Shown here one piece after another: positions 1 to 11,871 of a stretch of 64,000 nucleotides of DNA. The position numbers and the translations under genes are program-made. Where the stretch lies: contig CM052817.1 in NCBI GenBank assembly GCA_028534125.1, forward strand, positions 36,210,001 through 36,274,000, read 5' to 3'. How positions within the stretch are numbered: the first letter of the stretch is position 1; every line of letters begins with the position of its first letter. Under the pieces are notes generated by a model. The model saw only the letters and a program-made list of their open reading frames with translations. It was not told the DNA's origin and made no database searches. This DNA is from Lama glama. Its lineage: Eukaryota.

Positions 1-559
1 CAAATAACCTGCCACTACCTGAGGCTGAAATAGATACACATTCTTATCAAAGTCTGTAGAGTTAATAAAACTTATGTAAATCTCTGAACAGAAAAATGTC
101 TTCTTTTAAGGATAATCCCTGGACCAGGAGCAGACTCCGCCTGATGTCACTGCTTTACAAGCTCTGCTGGCAAACCTCACCCCATCACTTGACTCACATG
201 CCACAGCTTCTCAAGAGCCTGTGTAACGGGGCAGAGGAGAAACAGGGCTCTCTTTAGGAATTCTTCTGTAAGCTCTCTGCTGCCTCTCATTCTTGCACAT
301 GAGCAGTAGAATCCAGGGATAAATCTTGCATTAATACTAACATATGCTCTTTCTTATAAAGCAAAAGAGACTGCCTCTCAAATTCTAGTTTTTTAAAAAA
401 TTTTATACAGATAAAAAATGTATACTATTCACTGGCTAGTTTATCAACGTGATTATACAATGACACAAAGATTTCTACTATTTTTTTAAAAGGATCAGTT
501 TGTTCATGTAAACTAGACTTCATTCTCCTTTCCAAATGTATTAATTACCCTTCTCAAAT

Positions 560-846
560 GTCATCCAGCCAGTCACAAAGGACCACTTATTGTATGACTC
601 CATTTATATGAAATGTCCAGAACAGGCGACGCCAGAGAGAAAGCAGACTGGTAAAGGGATAGGAGGTTGGGAGAAAACAGGGAAAGACTGCTAATGGGCA
701 CAGGGCTGCTGCTTAAGGTGATGAACATGTTCTAAAGTTGACAGCTGCACACTGTGGAGTATACTGAAAACCACTGAAATGTATATTTTAAATGGCTGAG
801 TTGTATAGTATGTGCATGTGAATTAAATCTCAACAAAGCTATTATA
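560..846 (+). mobile_element. Old L1 (L1MB/ME-like) 3' end fragment
   Basis: agccagtcacaaaggaccac...tgtatgactccatttatatgaaatgtccaga...ctcaacaaagct, typical L1M 3'UTR motifs. Confidence 0.75.
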
Positions 847-1221
847 AATCACATCTCCCCAGTTACATCTGCCATGAACACTAATATTTTCAAAAGGCTA
901 GAGAGATAAGGGAGGTTAATCCAAACAGTTTGATTTCATTAATGTAATACTTAAAGGAGTCACATATAAAACTAGTATTTTTAGAGCAATTAAAAAATCA
1001 GTGAAATGCTTTTTTCTTCCTTTCATGCAGTCCATTCTATTAGGCAGCAACTAAGGAATAACACCCTCTGTGCCTGATATCATAAGACAATAGTGTAAAT
1101 ATATTTCCTTACTTACTCTTTACCATTTAAGAGTTGAACTTTACCCATAGAGTATGCCGTCCTATACCATATGCAAAACTGAAATGTGGACATATACCAT
1201 ATTGACATTACTGATACTTAC

Positions 1222-1324
1222 AGAGAAACTTCTTCTTCTTTTCCAGTGGGAACTCATGAAATGTTTCCCAAAATAGTCTCACAGTGGGATGTGCGGCTGA
1301 GTAATCACCCCTGTAGATGGCAGT
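1222..1324 (-). CDS. HERC3: HERC3 exon (HECT C-lobe start), 103 nt
   Basis: gggcag|ACTGCC...CTCT|gtaagt; [34 protein letters not shown]. Confidence 0.95.
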
Positions 1325-4300
1325 CTGCCCAAAAAAGAAAAAAAATCATCTTAAGAAAAATATTACAGTGGACATATGCATTGGAGAGGAAGTAACTGCT
1401 GTGTTGGGGGAGGGTAATAGCTTAGCGGTAGAGCGCATGCTTAGCACGCATGAGGTCCTGGGTTCAATCCCCAGTACTTCCACTAAAAAAAAAAAAAACC
1501 TGCAAAATCTACTTTATAGCACAGGGAACCATATTCAGTATCTTATAATAACCTACAATGGAAAAGAATCTGAAAAGGAATATACATATATACATGTATA
1601 ACTGAATCATTTTGCTGTACACCTGAAACTAACATTGTAAATCAACTATACTTCAATTAAAAAAAAAAAAAAGATGTAACCGCTGAGATACAGCAGACCT
1701 CCAGATCCTATTCAGTCACACAACATTTGGAAAGAGGCCAGGCTCTGGGCTTTCCCACCCAGGCCACTGCTCCTCCCTCAGAGTTAAAAGACCATGTCTT
1801 TCAGGCTTACCTCTTCCAGTTCCTCCCAGTTGTAGTTGCTGTTCCCCACCATCATGGCCCTCAGTTCTGAAGGCTGGAAGAGCTCAAGCACTTTGCCACC
1901 ACACACCTTTAGGAAGCCGCTGGAGAAGGCTGTGTACCATTCGTGAACTGAGATTTGGAAGACATAATTCACATAAGCTTCCACAAATTCCTGCCTGCCA
2001 GGAGACCAAAGAAATAGAACACGGTTAGCCCACAGTCTTGCAGAATTTCTCAAGTTCCCCTTCTAGACTGAAGTTGAGAAAGAAAAAAATCTCATCAAAT
2101 TCTCACACCAAAAGGCATCCTATGGCATCTTGTAGGTTCCAGCCCCAGAATTCCACCAAGGAGTCTCAGGTGATCTGGAGGCAGAGATGCAAGAAGGAAG
2201 GGGAGGGGGCCAGACTGGCAAAGCCATACTACTGACTTTATTTCCCCTGAGGCATTCCAGTTTTCATCTTGTTTATGGTCCGACTTAATTTAGTTCAGAA
2301 GAAAATACTTTTTCTGCTTAAAAGAAAAAGTCTAAGATAATGGTTCGAGGCTACTTCCTTTTTCTTCAGAAATGAAAAAAACTAAAGCCAGCTGATATTT
2401 GTATCCTCATCTATTTGAAAAGGTATAATTTCCTAATTCCTTTCTATAAATCTCTTAATCACCTCTGGAAAGAAGTGTCTTATACAGTGGTTCCACTTCA
2501 CTAATGATCAGTCAAGTGCTAATTAAGACAACAGTTTCCTGCAAGCCAGACTTCTAGCAAGCTGGCTTCCTGGGCAGGTTTCTGCAGGTTGCAGGTCAGT
2601 GTTCTCTTTTCACATGGGGTCTGGCCATTGTCTGTATGCATATTTGAGACTCACTAGTGGGAATGTGAACTGAGATACGAACACCTCGGAGAAAAAGTTG
2701 CCAATATCTAGAAAAGCTGAAAATGAAAATACCCTTGGACCCAGCCGCTCTCCTACCAGGTGGTGACCCAGAGGGACTCACATGAACGTACAAGAAAACA
2801 GTAAAGAAGAGCAGTAAAGTCACATGATGAAGAACATAAAGCCCAGCGCTTTAATGGAACTAACTAGATCTACATTTATCCAAAGGAATAGAATCTCAAG
2901 AACAATGCTGAGTAAAAACCAAGTTTTTGAATGTTAAGTACAATATGATAGCATTTATGTAAGTTGTTTTTTCACGCTTAAAACAGTGCCGTCTATAAGA
3001 GGCAGTGGCTCGGCCACTTATGGCTTATGACCCTTGGGCAAGTTATTTACTCTCTCTGTGCCTCAATCTGTTCATCTATAAAATGGGGAGAATGAGAATA
3101 CATAACTTACGGGACTATTATAAAAATTAAATGTGTTAACAGATGTAAAGTTCTTAGAACCAAGGCTGCCTTGTAGGTGTTAGTGATTATTATACTGCTT
3201 ATGGCTACAGGATTGGTTTATAAGTGTGAAATTATGTATATTATGTATCTATGAAATGCTTGTTTAATAAAAGCATTAATGTAAGAAGATCTCTGTCTTA
3301 ATATATTATAAAAATAAAAACTTGAAAGAATATGCATAACATTCATAAGAGTTCTATCTGTGTAGGAAAGGAGGGTGAGAAGAGGGGAACAGAATTAAGG
3401 GGATGAAAGAATTTCACTGGTATCAGTAATTCTTTCATTAAAAAATCTAAAGCAAACCCTATCTGTTTATTCTTGGTCATAGATACAAAGCTGTTGGTCA
3501 TAGTTTTTTGCTTTTCTGTATTTAATTTTTTTCTAAAAATTAAAAAAAAATCTGACATTATGAAAATGCTTTCCACTTATGCTTCTCTAATATACTGCAC
3601 TTCTACAATCTGAGTATCTTCCATTTCCTCTAAGCAGACACCATCACCAATAACTAACCAAGGTATACCAATAACTAACTAGTGTGAGCCCTGACAGTTT
3701 TGTTCTCCTTTTTTTGCCATACAAGTCCTGACTTAAGCTTTGATTGAGGAGGCATCCACTTCAAAGACAGCCATCAGGAATAAACAGACGGCCAGACACA
3801 CGGTTAGACCACATGAAGAGCCAGGCTGAAGCTCCCTGGTTTGAGAGATCTTGGTTGACTCTGGTAACTGACCATTTGGGCCACTTGTGTTTTTGTTTTT
3901 TTTTTTCCCTCTTCCCATGCATTAAATTGCTGCGCTTATGTTTTAAGTTTACCAATTAAGAATGAGCCCATGACATCCTAGGCCCACCCCCTCAACCCCA
4001 ATAAAAGCAGAACCCCAGAAGCTCACTCTCAACTCCCTCACTCTCTCTGCTCCACCCCTAACCCCACCAACCTCACTGTGTTCCCCCAGTGTGTCATGTA
4101 ATTTCCAGGTCTTGTAAATAATAAACCTTAATTTTTTTCAAAGTATCCTGATGGTTATTGCTGAAGGGCATCTTGCAATCCTAATCAGAACCACAACACT
4201 GGTTATTGATAGGTTGAAACCAGCACAAAACACTAAACAACAGGCAATGTAATAACAGTGGATAAGTGGGGTAGAGCCTCAGATCCAGGCTCTGCCACGT

Positions 4301-7300
4301 CCTGTATGCTAACGACTAAGCCTCTCTTTTCTCATCTTTAAAATGGGGTAAATGTTCAGGTTTTTTAAATAAAAGCTACTAATGTAAAAAGATGATTGTA
4401 CATCTTAACCATAGATGCTAAAAGTTTCTCACACTGCAGATAATGTACTGCTTTACCCATGAGACAAAGCCTGTAAAACAAAGAATGTTGCCCGCCAAGC
4501 AGTTCTGTAAGTCATTAGCCACTGCAGTCACTGACCTATAGTCCACCCTGAAAGGAATTCGGGATGAAAAACAGGATGAAGCGTTCTGTGTTTGGGATAT
4601 GTGGGCCCCTACATAACTATCTAGGATGCATGTATCTAAGGAGGAATTTCAATGACCTCAGATCCTTGCATCCTCCCATACACAAATAAGCACTAAAATC
4701 ATTAACTTGAGATAACTATTTTTGTGTGTATGTGATTAGCAGTTATCTTTTACCGAGATATATGCTTGATTACATGCATTTCCCAGGCCAAAAAAAAATT
4801 AATATAGATTGGCTCTTCCCCTACATCTCTGGCGCAGTTCCTCAGAGCTACCTGAGAGGCTGTCTCCCAGGCTATATAGTCCTCAGTAAGGCCCCTGAAT
4901 AAACCCAAAAATCACAGCTCTCATGTGTGCTTTTTATTCCAGCTGACAGTTCTGGCAACCATGAAGGGACCCAGAGCCAACTTCTCTTCTTCACATGAAC
5001 CCTCCAAGGATCTGGACCTTGGTAACAGCAAGGGCCCAGATGAGTTTTAACTCAATCCTGAGTTTTATTCAGTGGTGGATAAAAAAGTTACCTGACGTCT
5101 CATTTTTAAGATACTGAGAAAGTGTTCAGTTGTAAGGTTCTGAGAAAGTGTCCAACTGCAAGAGGATGGGAAGATTTTGTTCAGCTGAAAGACACTGGGA
5201 AGCTTCAGACTACAGGATTAGGTAGGAAGCTGACCTGACATCTTGCCCCAAATCATCTAGATCAACAGAATTTGTTGAACTATAAGTGAAGATGAGACAG
5301 GAGGGAAGGGGGCAGGGCACAGCCACTCAAGGAATGACAGCAACCATAATTGTGGAAGATTCACCTCCTAGTTGGCCTTGAGGATTAAGAGGTTTGACTT
5401 CCAGTAGACCTTGAGCTTCATTACATGCTCATTGTAACAGCATGATCAAATAACATGCCCGCAGGCGCCATGACAGCCCCAAGGCTAACCGCAAAAGGCC
5501 AAACAATGGGTGGTGGCCCAATCCCTGGGAATGCCAGCCCCTTCCCCAGGGCAGTTGGATTGATCCCACCTGTAGGCGTGTGAAGCTACTGAGACCATAA
5601 AAAGTGACACCACCACACCTAGTGGCCCCTTGTGCTCTCTCTCCCCTTTGGAGACGGCCCGCACTCTGTCTGTGGAGTGTGTACCTACTTTTACTTTAAC
5701 CTGAGCACCCAATTCCCACACCTCTTTCCTTACCTTTCTCTTGTCTTACACTCTATGCAGTATGTGTCTCTCTAAATAAATCTACCTTTACTCAACGGTG
5801 GCTCGCACTTGAATTCTTTGCTGTGCGAAGCCAAGGACCCACACTTGGCAGGACACGTCCTAGGGGCTCAACTGAGACCTGGGACTCGGCCCTCCTCAAG
5901 GCCCACATCCGTTTTCCTGCCTCAAAGATACCACATGGGAGCTTTCAGCTCCAAAGATAAGGGACACGGCTCCTGCCGGCTGGTTATGGCTTTCTCAGGC
6001 AACTGAAAAATTCATGGAAATTGTGGAGGTGAGTCCTCATACTGTACAGCAGTCCCATAGGGAAACTCACCCATTAATTGAAAAACTCATTAAAAGAATT
6101 GGCCACCCACTGCTCGGAGCACCCATGGCAGTTTTAGACTGCTGGTAGGAGAAAACAAGACGCGCAAAAGAGCTGAAACCACTCCAGGGCGACACCTGGA
6201 AGAACTAAACTCACAAACAGCCCACCAGCCCCTACTGTTTTCAACAGTGATTCTGTTATGACAAGCCAATTTTAAAATGAGAAATAGAGTCTCCCAAACA
6301 GAAGAAAAAGGGGGTGCCAGATAACCCCAATAATCCAGATGGGTTTATATATGTACAGAACTTAGACACTTGCACTTACTTAATTAGGAACTAAGGAAAT
6401 CCTCCCTGAAATGGCCCAGATGGGGCTCTTTTTGACATTCCAAAACTGCTCTGTGCATAAGCAGTTAGACAAAACCAGATCCAAAACTGGTTCTGCATAA
6501 GCAGTCAGAGAAAGCCGGCTTGATAAAATCTCTTTTCAAAATTCTGACCCTAAGAGGACAAAGGCCTCTAAGAGGAGGCTGCATTTTCCTCCCTGCATCT
6601 TTGAGATAATAATGTTCTACCAGGGCTTTCAGGAATCCTTATCTGTATCTTATCTAGACCATCTCTAATTCCTGGGACTGAGGCAAAAAAGGGGAAAAGA
6701 GGCCTTTCAAACTCAAGCAAGTAAGCTTAACTTATTCCAACTGTTATTTATAAACCAGTGAATTTTACATTGTAATACCTGATTTATGACTAAGTTTTAA
6801 AATGAAGCTATGAGATCTCTGATTATATCTACGTCTGTGTGTTCATTATATATATACATATATATATATATATATCTACTTCCGAATGGTATTGCCAAAA
6901 TTAATTTGTAAATGAGCTCTATTATGATTAGCTTTAAGGAAATTAAGCACTTACATAAAGTCTCAGAAATATAAAAGAAACTAACCCAAATGAATTTCAG
7001 GTTCCCATGAAATAGTCAGTACCAAAGTTAGTTAAAGTTTGTTGGTCAAAGATATCAAGAGGTTTTAAAACACTTGGTCAAACAGGAACATAGGTCACTG
7101 TGAAACAATACTTATTCACTTAACCAAAGTGACAATAAAAGATTTCAAAGGCAAATATGGAAGGTTACAACAGATTACTTCAAAAGTAAAGAAACTTCAC
7201 CACCTGTTATCAAAATCAGATTAATATTCCAAGAAACTTTGTCCTCTTAGCAGAGAGAGAACTTCCTCTTTGATTTGAGGAAGTCTTTGGCATGGCTTTT

Positions 7301-10300
7301 CTGGCCTTGAGAGACCTTTTAAAAGTTCAACCTGAGATTCCTTACGAAAAGTTCCAGCAAAGCCAATTTCAAAGAGCCTATGTGATCTTAATTTGGCTAT
7401 ATTTGGTAGAAATGAAGGTGATTTTAGAGAGAAAAAAACTACGTTTCAGTGAATGTTAAGCTCTAGTGTTGTTAACTGTCTCTGTGGTTTGTATTTACTA
7501 CTGAAGACTCACTTCCTAGACGGCTTCTTCTTACAATGTTGCATTGTTGTCAGATTTAACTGAATTATTAAAAGGACATTCTAAATTTGTTTCTAAAGCT
7601 TATCACAGTAATCTGTCTTTGAATGAAGATCATAGGCCCCATTACCTGCAACCAGGAGATTATGTATACTGGAAAGGCATCGTTTAAAGACTCCTAGATG
7701 GAAGGACACTTACCAAGTGCTCATAACTAGCTCATGCACAGGACACTAAAAGGAAATCATTCTTGGACTCCCACTTCCCACTTACGAAGGGCCCCTGTAC
7801 CATACTGTTCTATAGAGAGGACTGCTGACCTCAAAATCACCTTGAAACAACACTCACACCAGGATGAGAAGACATCAGAAGTGGACAGCTATACCAAGAT
7901 GCCAGACCTGACCTGTATGATTATTTGTAGTGTTTTCCTGATTCCTTGGACTTCTGCATATGAATCAAATGTTCTTCTATCATGAGCACAATCCTATACA
8001 GATTTCAGAAATCAATCCAATTATGTACATCTAATACTTCTGGTTTACCCTGGTGGATTTCTTATCTCCAAGACTCTAACTGAATGGGCCTTTGAAAATT
8101 TATTTTAGAAGAAAGAAGCTGTAGGTCCACTATTGGTTATTACTAGATGGGAATCCCTCACTCAGCCAATCAATCATACTTTCTCTGACCGACCATAAAT
8201 ATGAATTCTCTTTTAAAATTACTCAAGCTCAATCAGAGGAACAAGCTAAATTTCAGTCAAAGAACATAATTTCCCAATTATTAGAAGGAACCCTCCCTCA
8301 GTTATGGGATTGATTTATATGGCTAACACTAGGCTATGGTCATTTAAGTTTAAAGGCCCTCCTATGTTGGGAACAATCAAATCATACTAAAGATAACAGC
8401 CAAATAACACTAGAAAATTAGGCTGAGTGCCGTAGGGAAAATGCCAACATTTCATTTCCCTTAAAGATAGCAATTGATGGAGCAAACTGGGTCAGGAGAC
8501 CAGGAATATAATGAGTTGCACCTAATGGAACTCAATGTCTTTGTTGCACCAATTTGTGGCCCTGGCTTCTGCCAGCATGGATAGGAAAATGCACCCTAGG
8601 ATTCCCTTGGGCTCAAGGCCACTAGTGTGCCAATTCAGAGATGACTCCAATAAATTTACCATTAAGACAAGCCTGATGGATCAAGAGATCTGCATTTCAC
8701 TGGTAGAACCATTTTGCAGCTATTTTTGTGCCTTCAGCAGGATTGGAAGTTGTAACTGCCCACACTGAAGCCTTGACAAAATTCACCCAACAGGCCTGAA
8801 ACGGTAATAATCAGGGTATTAGCCTACTGAATTCTGAGGTGTCTGTGATGAGAAAAAGCAGTATTACAAAACATGCGGCCTTCAGTATCTTTATAGCATC
8901 TGAAGGAGACAGGCGCCTATGCCGTGATTCTAACTGGATGCTGCATTCTCATGCCAGATGAATCCTCTGATAGAACACATTTAATGACGCATATGAAAAA
9001 TCTGATTTCTGCCTTAACTGATACACTTTCTAGTCTTGGTCATCCTTTAAGGAGCTGATTTGGTTCTGGAAGCTAATGCTTAAATCTCTATGACTTTATT
9101 AATTTTACTAGCTGTATTACTTGCATCCTGTCTAAGACTGTTGTTTCTTGCATTACTCAACGTGTAAACAGGTCTCTGACAAAATTAATGACGGCTCAAT
9201 ATTTTGAGGCCCTTGATCACATTTATAGCCCCAAAGATCAACTGTAAGAGGGAAACTCTAGATATGGCAAAAGGAACAGGGAAAAATATTTCCTTGATCA
9301 TAACAGACTAGAAAGACAGATGATCCAGAGAATTTTTAAGTTATTAACACAGCCCAATACAGAAGTAGCACATTGAGTGGCCTAGCAACGAGATCCTTGC
9401 CTGCCCTAGGAATAAGTCTTCTTAGCACCGTGGGACAAACTGGTCATGAAATAATTCCCAAATCTTAGTTGAATTTATGATCAAAAGGGAGGGAGTTGTA
9501 AAACAAAGAATGTTGCCCACCATTCAGTTCTACAAGGATCAAGTCATTAGCTTCTGCAATCACTGACCTATATAGTCCACCCTAAAAGGAATTCGGGACA
9601 AAAAACAAAATGAAGAATTCTGTGTTTTAGATATGTTGGCCCCTCGATAGTTAAGATACGTATCTAAGGAGGAATTTCAATGATCCCCGATTCTTACATC
9701 TTCCCATATACTGACAAGCACTGAAACCTTTTAACTTTTTTTGAGATTAGCAGTAAACTTTTATCAAGATGTATGCTTGACTAAATGTATTTCCCAGCCC
9801 TAAAGTTCATATATATTGCTCCATCCCCTACTTCTATAGAGCAATTCCTCAGAGCTATCTGAGAAGCTATCTGAGACAGAGCTATAGTCCTCAGTAAATT
9901 CCCTCAAAACTGAAACTCACAGCTCTCATGTTGTGCATTTTTTAATTCCGTCAACAGCCAGTAACATTCTTCTGGTACAACTGCCTAAGAGAAGCACCAT
10001 CAGCATGATTTTTTATTATGGACTGCGATGGTTAATTTTATGTATCAATCTGGCTAGGCTATGGTGCCCAGCTGTTTAGTCAAACATCACTCAAGATGAT
10101 GCTGTGAAGGAATTTTTTAGATGTGACTAACATTTAAATCAGTAGTCTTTGAGTAAAGCAGATTAGTCTTCATAATGTGGTGGGCCTTGCCCAATCAGTT
10201 AAAGGCTTTAAAAAACTAAAGTCTTCTAAAGAAGGAATTTGGCCTTCAGACTGCCTTCTGACTCAAGACTGCAACATCAACACCTGCCAGAATTTGCAGC

Positions 10301-11833
10301 TTGCCATCCTGCTCTGAAGATTTCTGACTTGCCAGTCCCAAAAATCACATGAGCAGATTTCTTAAAGTCAGTCTCTCTCTTTTTATGTGTCTGTGTGTCT
10401 GTGTATTATTGGTTCTGTTTGGAGAACTCTAAGACAGACTTGGGTAACAGGAAGTGGGGTACTATAATAGCAAATATCTAAAATGTAAAAGTGCCTTTGG
10501 AACTGGGTATAGGTAGAGGCTGGAAGGGTTTTACGGCAGTGATAGAGAAAGCCTAGACTGCCTTGAAGAGACTGTTGATAGAAATATACACATTAAAAGA
10601 GATTCTGGCGAGAGCTCAGAAAGAAGATAACTGTAGAGAAAGCTGCTGTGTGGAAAATAAATATAAATCATAAACAGCATATTGCTAGAATTATGAACGT
10701 TAAAATACTCTGGTGAAATCTCAGATGGAAATGAAGAACACGTTGTTTTTTGAAAATTGGAGAAAGGCAATCTTGTTATAAAGTGGCAGAGAACCTGGCT
10801 GAATTACGTTCCAGTGTCTTGCAGAAAGTAAAACTTGATAAACTTGGTTATTTTGTGGAGGAGATTTCTGAGCAAAGTATTGAAGGTGTGGTCTGGTTTC
10901 TTCTTGCTGCTTATAGTAAAATGCAAGAGGAAAGAGATAAATTGAAGAGGGAATTGTTAAGCAAAAAGGACTAGAACTTCAAGGTTAGGAAAATTCTTAA
11001 CCTATCCAGATAGCATGCTCTGGAAGCAAGGCCAAGGGTGTGGCTGAACACTGATTTACTAAAGAGATCAGGCATGTGACTCATGGATCCAATCAACCAT
11101 CACAGCAGAGGCCAGGAACAGAGATGTGGCTGGCTATCCAGGAAAGATCTGTGGAGGACCCTCTTGTCTGATGACTTGGACCGCCATGAACTGCCTGGGA
11201 GGCCAACAGGGTTTATGAGAATTTTATACTGGCAGAAACACTGCCAGCTTGTATTGAGGGTAGAGATGGGACAAAATGAAAGAAGGCTGTTGGGATTCCA
11301 CAGGTGTGAAATGAGCTAGTGGAGCTAACTGGCTGCAAACAGGTGTTATCTTCCAAGAAAGAGGAAGAATGATCCCAAAGGCAGATCAGAGTCCAGTGGG
11401 ACTATCACTGCCAACATGGGCGTAGGTCCAGGAACCAGGACCAGACCTCCACAGCCTTATAAGGCAGGACTACCACCCAAGGGGGCCAGAGGACAGAGCA
11501 CGGAACTGAAGAGGATTAATCTCCAAGCCTTAAAATCTAATGAAATTTGCCCTGCTAGGTTTATGATTTGCTTGGGGCCTGTGATCCCCTTCCCCTTCCT
11601 GATGTCGCCCTTTTAGAATGGGAATGTCTTTCCAATACCTATCCCACCACTGTAACTGGAAGCAAAAAATTTGTCTAGTTTCACAGGTTCACACGCTATA
11701 GAAGAATTTTGCCTCAGTGTGCATCAAACCTCAAGTCTCACCCATACATGATTTTAATGATATTTACATGATATATTAGTCTGGATTATCCAGAGAAACA
11801 GAATAAATAGGGAGTGACTGTGCGTGTGCACCG

Positions 11834-11871
<38 letters not shown>

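Larger units (their letters stand above)
4472..9956 (+). mobile_element. Degraded ERV1 (gamma-like) provirus: 5'LTR 4472-4948, PBS 4953-4970, integrase C-terminal and env remnants, PPT 9483-9495, 3'LTR 9497-9956
   Basis: Two homologous LTRs both start TGTAAAACAAAGAATGTTGCCC and end in CA. PBS TGGCAACCATGAAGGGAC resembles the tRNA-Arg type. PPT is AAAAGGGAGGGAG. AGCC flanks both ends (one base of overlap). Confidence 0.9.

Noticed and set aside
1407..1483. tRNA-like sequence (also 35251-35330)
   Set aside because: SINE heads followed by A-rich tails; no intact cloverleaf or Pol III terminator.
5105..6515. Short tandem repeats (about 26-27 bp at 5110-5200; about 42 bp at 6439-6520) resembling an array
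   Set aside because: Ordinary ERV leader duplications in mammalian DNA; no spacers and no CRISPR context.
7900..9250. Possible captured syncytin-like env gene
   Set aside because: Many stops and frameshifts; the immunosuppressive domain and CX6CC motif are degraded.
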